DNA of 64,000 nt from Bacteroidota bacterium (GTDB taxonomy: Bacteria > Bacteroidota > Ignavibacteria > UBA10030 > UBA8401): the NCBI GenBank assembly GCA_035506275.1, contig DATJPT010000017.1, positions 11,831-75,830 of the forward strand, in the 5' to 3' direction. Made by a program: the position numbers and the translations under genes. Positions 20,260-30,116 of this stretch are shown here, one piece after another (the first letter of the stretch is position 1; each line of letters starts with the position of its first letter). The notes beneath the pieces were generated by a model that saw nothing but the letters and a program-made list of their open reading frames with translations, was not told where the DNA came from and ran no database searches.

Positions 20260-20724
20260 TTGAAAAAGATCCTTCGCTGGGTGATCATCATTGTCGCCGG
20301 AGCTTTCATCCTCATTCAATTCGGACAGCCCGACAGGTCGACTCCGCCGACCGATCCGGCGATGACCATCGCCGCGGACTCGGGGTTCAGAATGCCCGCC
20401 GCCGGATTGCTCAGGACATCGTGTTTTGACTGTCATTCTAACGAGACGCGATGGCCATGGTACAGTTACGTTGCGCCGGTGTCATGGCTTGTAGCGAGCG
20501 ACATCGAGAACGGGCGCCTTCATCTTAACTTTTCCGAATGGGGAAAATACCCGAAAAGCAAAAAAGTCCTGAAGTTGGGGCAGATCTATGAGCAGGTGTC
20601 AAAGGGGGACATGCCACTGCACAATTATCTTTATATACATGCCGGTGCTAGGCTTACCGCCGCAGAGAGAGATTCAATTACCAGTTGGACCGAGCAAGAG
20701 CAAGAAAAGCTGACAGGCAATTGA
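20260..20724 (+). CDS. haem-binding-domain protein (Haem_bd-like, single CxxCH)
   Basis: N-terminal TM/signal; CFDCHSNETRWPWYSYVAPVSWLVASDIENGRLHLNFSEW block typical of PF14376-type proteins. Confidence 0.6.
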   Translation: MKKILRWVIIIVAGAFILIQFGQPDRSTPPTDPAMTIAADSGFRMPAAGLLRTSCFDCHSNETRWPWYSYVAPVSWLVASDIENGRLHLNFSEWGKYPKSKKVLKLGQIYEQVSKGDMPLHNYLYIHAGARLTAAERDSITSWTEQEQEKLTGN

Positions 20725-20766
20725 TCCCGGAATTCACAGCGCAGCCTTTTTCCCATCCTTAAAGAT

Positions 20767-21354
20767 TTACTTCAATTCTTTGAGCACTTCAACGGCATTT
20801 GTCACTGCCATTGCGCGGTGGCTCAGCTTATTTTTTTCTTCCATCGTCATTTCAGCGTAGGTCCTTCTTGAACCGGCGGGAATGAACAGGGGATCGTATC
20901 CAAATCCCCCCGATCCGCGCGGTGCCTCGGCGATATCCCCTTCAACCTTCCCTTCCACCACTTTTTGGATCCCTTTCCCCACGATCGCGATGACCGTGCG
21001 GAACCGGGCATTGCGGCGCCGCGGCGGGACTCCTTTTAACGCGTTCAACAATTTTACATTATTTTCGGCATACGTCGCGTTCTCGCCAGCATAGCGGGCA
21101 GATATGACCCCCGGTTTCAATTCGAGGTAATAACATTCCAATCCGGTATCGTCGGCAAAAGACAATACTCCGGTCGCGGCGAACGCTTCGCTTGCTTTCT
21201 TCAATGCGTTTCCTTCCAGTGTGGGCTGGTCTTCGATCGTTTTGGCCACATTGGGAAAATCGACAAGGCTTTTCACCGTGAATCCATGAGGGGCCAGAAT
21301 GCCGGTTATTTCTTCAACTTTGTGGCGATTGTTTGTCGCGAGAAGAATGTCCAT
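20767..21354 (-). CDS. rdgB: non-canonical purine NTP pyrophosphatase (RdgB/HAM1)
   Basis: [16 protein letters not shown] start and FGYDPLF motif, about 195 aa. Confidence 0.85.
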   Translation of the reverse strand: MDILLATNNRHKVEEITGILAPHGFTVKSLVDFPNVAKTIEDQPTLEGNALKKASEAFAATGVLSFADDTGLECYYLELKPGVISARYAGENATYAENNVKLLNALKGVPPRRRNARFRTVIAIVGKGIQKVVEGKVEGDIAEAPRGSGGFGYDPLFIPAGSRRTYAEMTMEEKNKLSHRAMAVTNAVEVLKELK

Positions 21355-21381
21355 AAGGTCAAGAATTGTTGTTGAGTGAGA

Positions 21382-21852
21382 TCAATAGTGGATCTTATCC
21401 TGCAGCTCCTGCCATTCCCTGAACGCAACCAACGCATCCTTACGCATCATTTGCTCCATGGGAATCCGCCGCCCGGCGATCGGAAGCGCTATTTCCTTGT
21501 AAATAAAGAAATCGTCAAACCCGATTCCAGCGGCATCGATATGCGTGTTCGCATAGTAAATTCTCTCCGGGCGCGCCCAATAAATTGCGCCGAGACACAT
21601 GGGGCACGGTTCGCAGGATGTGTAGATATCGCAGCCGGTCAGTTGAAATGTTCCAAGCGCCCTGCACGCTTCCCTGATCGCGACGATTTCCGCATGGGCC
21701 GTGGGGTCATTGGTCGATGTCACCAAATTCGTCCCCCGTGCTATGACGGCCCCGTCTCTCACGACCACCGCCGCAAACGGCCCCCCTTTTCCGTCGCGGA
21801 TATTCTGCCGCGAAAGCTCGATCGCCTCGGCCATGAACGGATTATCAGACAC
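21382..21852 (-). CDS. nucleoside (guanine/tRNA-adenosine-type) deaminase, CDA fold
   Basis: HAEIVAIREA ... CEPCPMCLGAI zinc-binding motifs. Confidence 0.8.
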   Translation of the reverse strand: MSDNPFMAEAIELSRQNIRDGKGGPFAAVVVRDGAVIARGTNLVTSTNDPTAHAEIVAIREACRALGTFQLTGCDIYTSCEPCPMCLGAIYWARPERIYYANTHIDAAGIGFDDFFIYKEIALPIAGRRIPMEQMMRKDALVAFREWQELQDKIHY

Positions 21853-21971
21853 GTTGAAAGATCAAAAATAAAAAATGAAGAATTAAAGATTATGAATAAA
21901 GATTAAGGGCCAATGATGAGAAGTCAGAATATAGAATTCAGATTACAAGACTAACCAAGGCGAGCTGGTAA

Positions 21972-23330
21972 CTAACCAACAAGTTCTTTGATCGCCTGTG
22001 TGATCGATTCGACGCCGACGATGGAAATTCCGTTCGCATTTTTCAGATGTTTAAGATTATTCTGGGGGACGACGATTTTTTTGAACCCCAGCTTCGCCGC
22101 TTCCTGCACGCGTTTTTCGCTGTGAGCGATCGTCCGGATCTCTCCTCCCAATCCTATTTCCCCAATGGCGACAGCCTGCGAATCGACCGGGACGTCGCGC
22201 AGCGACGAAACGATCGATGACGCAATACCAAGGTCCGCGGCGGGTTCGTCCACACGAATTCCTCCGGCAACGTTGACGAAAACGTCGTGCGTACCGAGAT
22301 CAAGCCCGACCCTCTTTTCAAGGACTGCGAGGAGCATTTGCAAACGCCGGAGGTCGAACCCCGTTGCCGTCCGCTGCGGAAGCCCGTAGCTGGTCGAACT
22401 GACCAGCGCCTGAACCTCGATCAGGATCGGCCGGGTCCCTTCAAGGGTGGCGACGATCGTCGCACCGGATGCGCCGTAGGTCCTCTCCGAAAGAAAAACT
22501 TCGGACGGATTCTTCACTTCGTGCATCCCGTCGTCGTGCATCTCGAATATCCCGATCTCGTTCGTCGAGCCGAATCGGTTCTTCGTCGCCCGCAGGATGC
22601 GGTAAGAATAATGGCGTTCTCCTTCAAACTGCAGAACGGTGTCGACCATGTGTTCGATCACCCGCGGACCGGCGAGGATCCCCTCCTTGGTCACGTGCCC
22701 GATCAAGATCACCGGGATGCTCTTGGACTTGGCGATGCGCGTGAGCAAGGCGGCGGATTCGCGGACCTGTCCGACGCTTCCCGGCGCGCTCTCAAGGTCC
22801 GGGCGGAACATCGTTTGAATAGAGTCCACGATCACAATGTCCGGGTCTCCCCGCTCGATCACGTCGCCGATCATTTCCAGGTTTGTCTCCGGGAGAAGCA
22901 GGACAGAACCCGACTGCGCGCCAAGACGCTCTGCACGGAGCTTAATTTGTTTGAGTGATTCTTCTCCGGTGATGTACAGCGTCGCTTTATCGCGCAATTT
23001 TAATGCGACCTGCATCATCAGCGTCGATTTGCCGATGCCCGGATCGCCGCCGAGGAGGACGACCGAACCGGATACGATCCCTCCGCCGAGAACCCGGTCG
23101 AATTCCGCGATCCCCGTTTTGAAGCGGACGTCCTCAAAGCCGTTGACGTCCTTCAGTGCGATCGGTTCGATCTTCGATGGGAGTCCCCCCGACTTGCGCG
23201 CGATCTTTGCCGGCGTCGGCGCCTCTTCGACGAACGTATTCCATTCATTGCAGTTGGGACATTTGCCGGTCCACCGCGGGGACATGTACCCGCACGACTG
23301 ACAGACATATTTTGAAATTACTTTCGACAT
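21972..23330 (-). CDS. radA: DNA repair protein RadA/Sms
   Basis: N-terminal C4 zinc finger (CQSCGY...CPNCNEW), Walker A GGDPGIGKSTL, KNRFG motif, Lon-protease-like C-terminal domain. Confidence 0.9.
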   Translation of the reverse strand: MSKVISKYVCQSCGYMSPRWTGKCPNCNEWNTFVEEAPTPAKIARKSGGLPSKIEPIALKDVNGFEDVRFKTGIAEFDRVLGGGIVSGSVVLLGGDPGIGKSTLMMQVALKLRDKATLYITGEESLKQIKLRAERLGAQSGSVLLLPETNLEMIGDVIERGDPDIVIVDSIQTMFRPDLESAPGSVGQVRESAALLTRIAKSKSIPVILIGHVTKEGILAGPRVIEHMVDTVLQFEGERHYSYRILRATKNRFGSTNEIGIFEMHDDGMHEVKNPSEVFLSERTYGASGATIVATLEGTRPILIEVQALVSSTSYGLPQRTATGFDLRRLQMLLAVLEKRVGLDLGTHDVFVNVAGGIRVDEPAADLGIASSIVSSLRDVPVDSQAVAIGEIGLGGEIRTIAHSEKRVQEAAKLGFKKIVVPQNNLKHLKNANGISIVGVESITQAIKELVG

Positions 23331-23440
23331 CGATTAAATATAGAAGATTCGCAGGGGAGATTCAATGAACGATCCGGAAAAACCCGGTACACCGGACATC
23401 TCCCTGGTCACTATGGATTCACCCCCTTATCCATTCAACC

Positions 23441-23953
23441 TTAGAATCCGATCGGCCGTTTCGGTTTTTCCGGGGGAGTCATCAACTGTCGTATCGCCTC
23501 GAAGATTGCCGTAATTGTTTCATCATGCTTATCTATTCTCATTTCCAATTCTTTGAGCCTCAGTGCAAGCTTTTTATGACTAGCGAGAATCTCGCGCAAC
23601 TTGAGGAATACTTTGATGATGAGGATGTTTATGCGAATTGCCCGTTTACCATGAAGAACTGACGAGAGCATCGCAACTCCGTGCTCGGTGAATGCATACG
23701 GAAGAACGTTTGAGTGCTTCAAAGATCCGAACCGGTGCCAATTTGTCACCAGTTCATATTTCTCCTTCGTCGTCACCTGAAACATGAACTCCTGTGGGAA
23801 TCGCTCCCGGTTTCTCCTCACCTGCCGATTGAGATATTTCGTTTCTACACCATACAGTTCTGCAAGATCTCTATCGAACATCACTCTTTGCCCTCTTAGC
23901 AAAAAGATCCGTTGTTCGATTAGATCGAACGGGACCAATTGAGTTTGTTTCAT
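23441..23953 (-). CDS. ORF6N-domain protein (phage-associated DNA-binding domain)
   Basis: LVPFDLIEQRIFLLRGQRVMFDRDLAELYGVETKYLNRQVRRNRERFPQEF matches the ORF6N consensus; gene GC noticeably lower (about 46%) than its flanks. Confidence 0.6.
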   Translation of the reverse strand: MKQTQLVPFDLIEQRIFLLRGQRVMFDRDLAELYGVETKYLNRQVRRNRERFPQEFMFQVTTKEKYELVTNWHRFGSLKHSNVLPYAFTEHGVAMLSSVLHGKRAIRINILIIKVFLKLREILASHKKLALRLKELEMRIDKHDETITAIFEAIRQLMTPPEKPKRPIGF

Positions 23954-24041
23954 AGATTCCCCCCTAAGGAATGTTTAAGCGATATCAATCACGAATACCA
24001 AAACCCCTGACATATCGGATCAAGCTTTTCTTTACACTGAT

Positions 24042-25304
24042 TTACTTCACCAGCCACAGGCTGAGTTGGGGGATGTACGTGATGATCAGTAATCCCGCCA
24101 GGAGTACAAGAATGAACGGGAGCGTCGCGACGGTCACTTTGCCGATCGATTTCTTGAATCGAAAGCTCGACATGAACAGGTTCATCCCGACCGGAGGCAT
24201 CAGGTATGCGATCTCCAGGTTGGCAAGGAAGATGATGCCGAGATGGATCGGGTCGACGCCGTACTGCTTCGCGATCGGAACGATGAGAGGGACAACGACG
24301 ATCGCCGAAAAAATTTCCATCATCATGCCGATGACCAGGAGGAAAAGGTTCAGGATCATCAGGAAAACGATCTTGCTTTCGACCACTTGACGGATCAGCT
24401 CGAAGAGTCTTTGCGGTATTTGCTGATCGATCAAAAAGCTGGTGAGCCCCATCGCCATCGCGAGGATCATCAAGATCGCGCCGACAAGGACCATGCTCTC
24501 CTTCATCACCCGCGGTACGTCGGTCGTGATCTTCAGGTCCTTGTAGATGAACACTTCCACGATGAAGACGTAAAACGCCGTGACGGCGGCTGCTTCGGTC
24601 GCCGTGAAATACCCACCGTAGATCCCTCCGATGATGAAAAAGGGAAGCGGGATCTCCCAAATAACATTTTTCAGCGCAGCCCATAATTTTTTCGCGTCGA
24701 ACGGATGCCGCTCGATCTTTGACGCGATCCCCTGCCGGATGCTGTAAACGGCCAGGACGGTCACCAGCACAATTCCCGGCACAATGCCGGCCCGGAACAA
24801 CTGATCGATCGAAACCTCCGCGACGGTCCCGTATAAAATGATCGGAAGGCTCGGCGGGAAGAGCAGGCCGAGGCTGCCGGACGTTGTCACGAGGCCGAGG
24901 ACGAATTTTTCGCTGTATTTTTCGGCGATCAGGATCGGAAAGACGAGGCCGCCAAGCGCGACGATGGTGATCCCCGACCCGCCGGTGAACGCCGTGAAGA
25001 TCGCACAGCTCGCGAGGACAACGATCGCCAATCCTCCGGGCATCCAACCGATGAGCGCCTGTGCGAGCGCGACAATGCGCTGCGGCGCCTTGCTTTCAGC
25101 GAGAAAATATCCCGAAACAGTGAACAGCGGAATCGCAAGCAGGACCGGCTGGCTGGCAAGACGGTACATTTCAACGATGATCGCTGCCGTGTCGATCCCT
25201 TGCGAAGAAAACCCCAGGAGCGATATGGTCCCGATGATCGAAAAGAGCGGCGCTCCGAAAAGGACAAGGACGGCGAGTGCGAGAACAACATAGACGAGAG
25301 GCAT
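24042..25304 (-). CDS. dctM: TRAP transporter large permease subunit
   Basis: About 420 aa polytopic DctM-type membrane protein; start ATG overlaps the dctQ stop (TGATG). Confidence 0.85.
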   Translation of the reverse strand: MPLVYVVLALAVLVLFGAPLFSIIGTISLLGFSSQGIDTAAIIVEMYRLASQPVLLAIPLFTVSGYFLAESKAPQRIVALAQALIGWMPGGLAIVVLASCAIFTAFTGGSGITIVALGGLVFPILIAEKYSEKFVLGLVTTSGSLGLLFPPSLPIILYGTVAEVSIDQLFRAGIVPGIVLVTVLAVYSIRQGIASKIERHPFDAKKLWAALKNVIWEIPLPFFIIGGIYGGYFTATEAAAVTAFYVFIVEVFIYKDLKITTDVPRVMKESMVLVGAILMILAMAMGLTSFLIDQQIPQRLFELIRQVVESKIVFLMILNLFLLVIGMMMEIFSAIVVVPLIVPIAKQYGVDPIHLGIIFLANLEIAYLMPPVGMNLFMSSFRFKKSIGKVTVATLPFILVLLAGLLIITYIPQLSLWLVK

Positions 25305-25816
25305 CAGTGCTGCTCCTCCTGGAGATGCCAGTTCCCGTGAACGATCTCCGCGAGCCACGCCGCGGAGCGCACGATAAAGCGAAATGAAATGATGCCGTAT
25401 CCGGCAGGGATGATGATGATGAAGTACGTTATCGGGAGGTTGAGGATAAGCGTGTCCCCGGCCTGTCCTTCCATCTGGACGAACGCGATCGCCGCTTCCA
25501 TGAGCAGGAAGCAGATGCCCGCAGCGAAGAGGTTCGTTACGACGTAGATGATTTTTCTGAACCGCTCGGGGGCAAGCTTGTTGATGAATTCAATTTTCAG
25601 GTGGCGGCCTTCGCCGGTCGCGATCACCGCGCCGAGGAACCCCAGCCAGAGCACCAGGTGCCGGAGGAACACGTCCCCCCATTCGATGCTCGTATGGAAA
25701 AAATTCCTGAGCACGACCTGGCCGAACGCCATAAGGATCATGACGCTGAGAAAAAAAATGATCAGCCAGCCGGTGATGCGGGCAAGCCAGCGGTCGACGA
25801 ACAACAGCAGTTTCAT
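25304..25816 (-). CDS. dctQ: TRAP transporter small permease subunit
   Basis: 170 aa, 4 TM, operon position between the P and M subunits. Confidence 0.75.
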   Translation of the reverse strand: MKLLLFVDRWLARITGWLIIFFLSVMILMAFGQVVLRNFFHTSIEWGDVFLRHLVLWLGFLGAVIATGEGRHLKIEFINKLAPERFRKIIYVVTNLFAAGICFLLMEAAIAFVQMEGQAGDTLILNLPITYFIIIIPAGYGIISFRFIVRSAAWLAEIVHGNWHLQEEQH

Positions 25817-26805
25817 TTCTTCTCCTTCGCGCGGAAATCCATGACCGACTTTTCCACGCGGTTCAGCAGATCTTCCGAATAGAGCTTCCCGACCATCAGC
25901 CGGCGCGCGTTCTTTCCGATCTCCTCATAACGGCTGATCTCGCTCGGGTCCGGTTTTGTGAATATGATCTTGTTCTTTTTCAGCACGTCGAGCGATTTCA
26001 AATTGTCTGTGCGGCTCAACTCCGTCAGCTTTCGCATCAGCTGCTTCCCGTTCCGGAGCAGAATTTCCTGAAGGTCCGGCGGCATTTTGTCGAATTCTCT
26101 CTTCGCGATGACGACGGCGCCGGAAGCGTTCGTGAGCGGATAGTCGAGCATATATTTTGTTGCGGTGTACCATTGAAGCGATACGCCCGCAAGCGGCGAC
26201 GTATACATACCGTTGATCAGGCCGGTTTGGAGCGACGTCAGCACGTCGGTGATGGAGAGTTGAATCGGATTGATCCCGAAGGCTTTGAACGTCGCTTCCG
26301 CAACGGGGTCTCCTTCCCATTGCCACATTTTCACGTTGCGCATGTCCTCAACTTTCGTGACCGGGGTATTGGTGAAGACATACACAAACCCGACTTCGGC
26401 CCATCCAAGCAAGACATATCCGCCGTTTTCAAATTCCTTCCGGAGCTCGGCGTCATATTGATTAACGATGTAATCGACCTCGTCATGGTTCTTGAAAAGG
26501 AACGGAGCATCCAGAATTCGGGCCGATTTTGCGATCTCGCCGATGCCCACGCCGGTGATCCCCGCGCTTTGGAATTGTCCCAGACGGATCTTGCGAAGAA
26601 CGTCCTTTTCGTCGCCGGCAACTCCCCCGGGGTAGATCTTGAACCCAAGCCGGCCGTTGCTTTCTTTCCGGATGGCCTGGTCATATTCCTTCATGACGTT
26701 GATCCAGGTGCTCCCTTCGGGGGCGAGGGTCGCAAACTTGATGGTGAATTCCTGGGCAAAAGTCTGCGTTGCGAGAAAAAGAACCGCGGTGAAAAGATAT
26801 TTCAT
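25813..26805 (-). CDS. dctP: TRAP transporter substrate-binding protein (DctP/TatP-type)
   Basis: Signal peptide (MKYLFTAVLFLATQTFAQE) then DctP-family periplasmic binding protein; start set at ATG 26805 rather than the upstream extension. Confidence 0.8.
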   Translation of the reverse strand: MKYLFTAVLFLATQTFAQEFTIKFATLAPEGSTWINVMKEYDQAIRKESNGRLGFKIYPGGVAGDEKDVLRKIRLGQFQSAGITGVGIGEIAKSARILDAPFLFKNHDEVDYIVNQYDAELRKEFENGGYVLLGWAEVGFVYVFTNTPVTKVEDMRNVKMWQWEGDPVAEATFKAFGINPIQLSITDVLTSLQTGLINGMYTSPLAGVSLQWYTATKYMLDYPLTNASGAVVIAKREFDKMPPDLQEILLRNGKQLMRKLTELSRTDNLKSLDVLKKNKIIFTKPDPSEISRYEEIGKNARRLMVGKLYSEDLLNRVEKSVMDFRAKEKK

Positions 26806-26851
26806 GGAGAATGTTCCTGATAATTCTGATCGATGAGTGGGATATGCTGGC

Positions 26852-27730
26852 CTAGAAGAACAGGTCGCCTTCTTTAGCGAGCAATGCTTTCGCTTTTTGC
26901 TTGGCAACAGCGTTGACGAGACGCTGTTCCGGGAGGATGTCGATGGACGCATCTTCCACTGTCTTCAGCAAGGATTCAAAGAGCGCTTTATCCTGGATCT
27001 GGACCGTATAGCTCTGCGCCATATAAACGTAGGGAAGAAGAAATTTTCCTTCCCCGATCTGCAGACACTTGTCAAAATGAGCTTTTGCGCTGTCGGGCTT
27101 GCCGCCGAGATTCTTTGGTATCGTCGCCAGAATCGTTCCGAAATAGAGGTGAGCGCTGCCATAGTAGAAGCGTTCATCGTTTCGGAGGACAAATTCCATC
27201 AGCGAATTGACTTTTTGAAGTTCGGCCACGGCCGAAGGGTCTGCGATGCTGAGCTTGATCAGATTTCCCCAGGCATTTGCCGTCCAGAAAATCATCGGGA
27301 CATCGTCGTTCGAGAACGAACCGACCCCTGACTTGAATTCTTCCGGCGTGCCGTCGAACGCTGCGCTGAATTTTTTGTTCTTCTTCAGCACGGACAGTCC
27401 GTAGTCGCGTGCGCGGCTGTAGAGCGCTTTCGCCCGCACGGGGTCTGTGTCTTCCACAAAACCAAGAGCGTATCCGGTGAAGCCCTGCGTTAACAGCAAT
27501 GCAAGGTGGTCATCGTCGTTGTCTTTCGACCGATAGAGCGCTTCGAGGAGGGTGAGATTTGCAGGTATCGATTGCTCGGCGAGCGTGAGGTCGGATTCTT
27601 CAAAAATCGCGCTGAGGCCGTTGTCGACGATGCCCGTGGTGGAATTCACCGCGACCGTTTGAAGAAGACCGCACGACCAATTGGTAAAACCGAGGAGGAC
27701 GATAAACGCCGCTGCGAGTTTATTCATCAT
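26852..27730 (-). CDS. TPR-repeat lipoprotein of the TatT type (T-component of TPR-protein-associated TRAP transporters)
   Basis: Signal/lipobox (FTNWSCG), about 290 aa helical-repeat protein, directly upstream of and co-oriented with dctPQM; start uncertain (27730, 27727 or 27769). Confidence 0.45.
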   Translation of the reverse strand: MMNKLAAAFIVLLGFTNWSCGLLQTVAVNSTTGIVDNGLSAIFEESDLTLAEQSIPANLTLLEALYRSKDNDDDHLALLLTQGFTGYALGFVEDTDPVRAKALYSRARDYGLSVLKKNKKFSAAFDGTPEEFKSGVGSFSNDDVPMIFWTANAWGNLIKLSIADPSAVAELQKVNSLMEFVLRNDERFYYGSAHLYFGTILATIPKNLGGKPDSAKAHFDKCLQIGEGKFLLPYVYMAQSYTVQIQDKALFESLLKTVEDASIDILPEQRLVNAVAKQKAKALLAKEGDLFF

Positions 27731-27840
27731 TTCGACGTTGAATATAGAGAAAACGGACCACTTTTCCAAAACAATATTGCAAATCGACTCAAAGTGTTTT
27801 AATATAGTACCGGAATTCCCAGCGCAAAAAGGAAGTTTTA

Positions 27841-28512
27841 ATGAAAATATTGGTTGTCGAAGACGAAAAAAAAGTCGGCGCGTTCATAAAAAAGGGATTG
27901 GAAGAGGATCGTTACACCGTCGAAGTGGCCTTGGACGGCGACAAGGGAGGGGAACTCGCCGCGGAAGGATCGTTCGACCTGATCATTCTTGACATCCTGA
28001 TGCCCAAGAAAGACGGGTTAACGATGTTGAAAGAACTCCGGGCAAAACATGTATCGACGCCCGTGCTCATGATCACGGCAAAAGGCTCCGTCGAGGATAA
28101 AGTGAAAGGCCTCGATACGGGGGCGGACGATTATTTGGTGAAGCCGTTTGCCATCGCTGAGCTGTTGGCGCGCGTTCGGTCCCTCCTCCGGCGCGGCGGA
28201 CCGGAAAAATCGACGGCGCTCACCGTTGCTGACCTGACGCTCGACCTCGTTTCGCACAAGGCGACACGGGGGAAAAATACCATCGAGTTGACCGGAAAAG
28301 AATACACCCTCCTGGAATATTTCATGCGGAACACCAACAAAGTGCTGAGCCGTACGATCATCTCCGAGCACATTTGGAACTATAACTTCGATACCGGCAC
28401 GAACATCATCGACGTGTATATCAACCATTTGCGCAACAAGATCGACGGCGAATTTGAAAGAAAGCTGATCCACACCGTGCGCGGTGTCGGCTACATGATG
28501 AAAGCATCCTGA
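27841..28512 (+). CDS. OmpR-family response regulator (CusR/CopR-like)
   Basis: Receiver domain (KILVVEDE...DLIILDILMP...K) and winged-helix output (TIELTGKEYTLLEYFMRN...VRGVGY). Confidence 0.85.
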   Translation: MKILVVEDEKKVGAFIKKGLEEDRYTVEVALDGDKGGELAAEGSFDLIILDILMPKKDGLTMLKELRAKHVSTPVLMITAKGSVEDKVKGLDTGADDYLVKPFAIAELLARVRSLLRRGGPEKSTALTVADLTLDLVSHKATRGKNTIELTGKEYTLLEYFMRNTNKVLSRTIISEHIWNYNFDTGTNIIDVYINHLRNKIDGEFERKLIHTVRGVGYMMKAS

Positions 28513-28513
28513 A

Positions 28514-29998
28514 ATGAAATACCTTCATTCGATACGGCTGAAACTGACGGCATGGTATACGCTGATCCTCGGCGTCACGCTGTTCGGGTTCGGCGCTACG
28601 GCGTATCTCTTTACGCAAGAGAACCTCCTTGCCAGCCTTGACTATTCGCTCCGCAACGAGGTCGTCTGGCTGAAGAACTTCATTGAACCACAGGCGCGCA
28701 AAGTGAAGCTCAAACAGCAGCGGTCAAAGCCGTCGGCGCAGCCGAAAAAGCAGGAGAAAAAGGTCAAACGTTCGCACGAAGTGGAAGTGACCGAGGCCGA
28801 TTCCGTCGAGTTCGACCAGATCTGGAACCAGATCTACGAGCACACGCTGCTGAGCCCCAAGAAGCAGATCATTCAGATCCGCGACCGCAACGGGGACATC
28901 CTCTACAAATCATACAGCCTGGGAAAAGAGGATATTATCTTCGAGGACATCCCGTACAACACGACGAAGCTGGTGACGATCTACGATGCACAGGGGCAGC
29001 CCTTGCGTCTTGCCGTCACTCAGAACGCCTACGTGAAGATCTTCGTCGCCTATCCCGAGGCGGAGATCAGCGAAGTGCTGGGAAACCTCTTTTCGATTTT
29101 TGTCATCCTCGTGCCGGTCGCGCTGATCCTCTCGGTGCTAGGAGGATGGTTCCTCGCGAACAAATCGCTGAAGCCGGTCGACAAGATCACGAGAACGGCG
29201 CGCGACATCACAGCGCAGAATCTGGACCAGCGCATTCTTTCGGTGGACGTGGACGACGAGATCGGAAGGCTGATCTCCACGTTCAACGACATGATCGGGC
29301 GTCTGCAAAGTTCGTTCGACCAGACAAAGCAATTTTCCATCGATGCGTCGCATGAGCTTCGCACACCGCTCACGATCATGCGGGGCGAACTTGAGCTCGC
29401 CCTCCGTTCGAAACAGACGAACGAAGGGTACCGGCGCATTCTCTCCAGCACGCTCGACGAGATCCTCCGCATGTCTTCCATCATCGAAAATCTCCTGATG
29501 CTTGCCAAGGGGGACATCGGAAAATCGGCATTCACGTTCGAAAAAGTAGCGCTCGCGCCGATCATCCGGGAATTGCACGAGGACAGCGAAATGCTTGCCG
29601 AGAAAAAGCACATCCGCGTTACCCTCGAACAGGTCGACAATCTGACTGTGTCCGGCGACACAGTACGGCTTCGCCAGCTGGTGTTGAATCTGCTCGACAA
29701 CGCCATCAAATACACCCCCAAAAAAGGGACGATCGAATTATCGCTGGTCCGGGAGAACGGTTCCGCCAAGATAATTGTTAAAGATAACGGCATCGGCATA
29801 CCCGCCGACGAGCAATCGAAGATTTTCGACAGGTTTTACAGGGTCGATAAGGGACGTTCCCGCGACATGGGGGGGACCGGATTGGGGCTCTCGATCGCCC
29901 GGTGGATTACCGAGATTCATGGGGGAACAATATACGTCCAAAGTGAGGTCAATAAGGGGAGCGAATTCACCGTGCTCCTCCCGCTCTTGCGCAACTGA
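28514..29998 (+). CDS. sensor histidine kinase (2 TM, HAMP, HisKA, HATPase_c; CusS-like)
   Basis: ASHELRTPLT H-box, N/G1/G2 boxes (DNGIGIP..., GGTGLGLSIARWITEIHGG), two TM segments; start 2 nt after the regulator stop. Confidence 0.85.
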   Translation: MKYLHSIRLKLTAWYTLILGVTLFGFGATAYLFTQENLLASLDYSLRNEVVWLKNFIEPQARKVKLKQQRSKPSAQPKKQEKKVKRSHEVEVTEADSVEFDQIWNQIYEHTLLSPKKQIIQIRDRNGDILYKSYSLGKEDIIFEDIPYNTTKLVTIYDAQGQPLRLAVTQNAYVKIFVAYPEAEISEVLGNLFSIFVILVPVALILSVLGGWFLANKSLKPVDKITRTARDITAQNLDQRILSVDVDDEIGRLISTFNDMIGRLQSSFDQTKQFSIDASHELRTPLTIMRGELELALRSKQTNEGYRRILSSTLDEILRMSSIIENLLMLAKGDIGKSAFTFEKVALAPIIRELHEDSEMLAEKKHIRVTLEQVDNLTVSGDTVRLRQLVLNLLDNAIKYTPKKGTIELSLVRENGSAKIIVKDNGIGIPADEQSKIFDRFYRVDKGRSRDMGGTGLGLSIARWITEIHGGTIYVQSEVNKGSEFTVLLPLLRN

Positions 29999-30116
29999 CC
30001 GCTTTTCACTTGACAATGAAATGACAATATCCTAAGTTGAGCCACAGAGAAATCAAGCCTAAGTACATTAACCCACATCAATCTAATCTACATTTTTTGA
30101 AAGGAGCGGTTGTTGA

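Noticed and set aside
21855-21971. AT-rich spacer between the deaminase and radA examined for tRNA/ncRNA
   Set aside because: No cloverleaf-compatible stems or conserved tRNA boxes (GTTC/TPsiC) found; probably just a promoter region.
23989-25047. 352 aa ORF antisense to dctM
   Set aside because: Extremely R/D/P/G-rich composition typical of high-GC antisense frames; the sense strand is a clear TRAP large permease.
26852-27769. Calling the TatT-like ORF from its first ATG (27769)
   Set aside because: A start at 27730/27727 gives a better signal peptide/lipobox spacing; the first 13 codons are likely 5' UTR.
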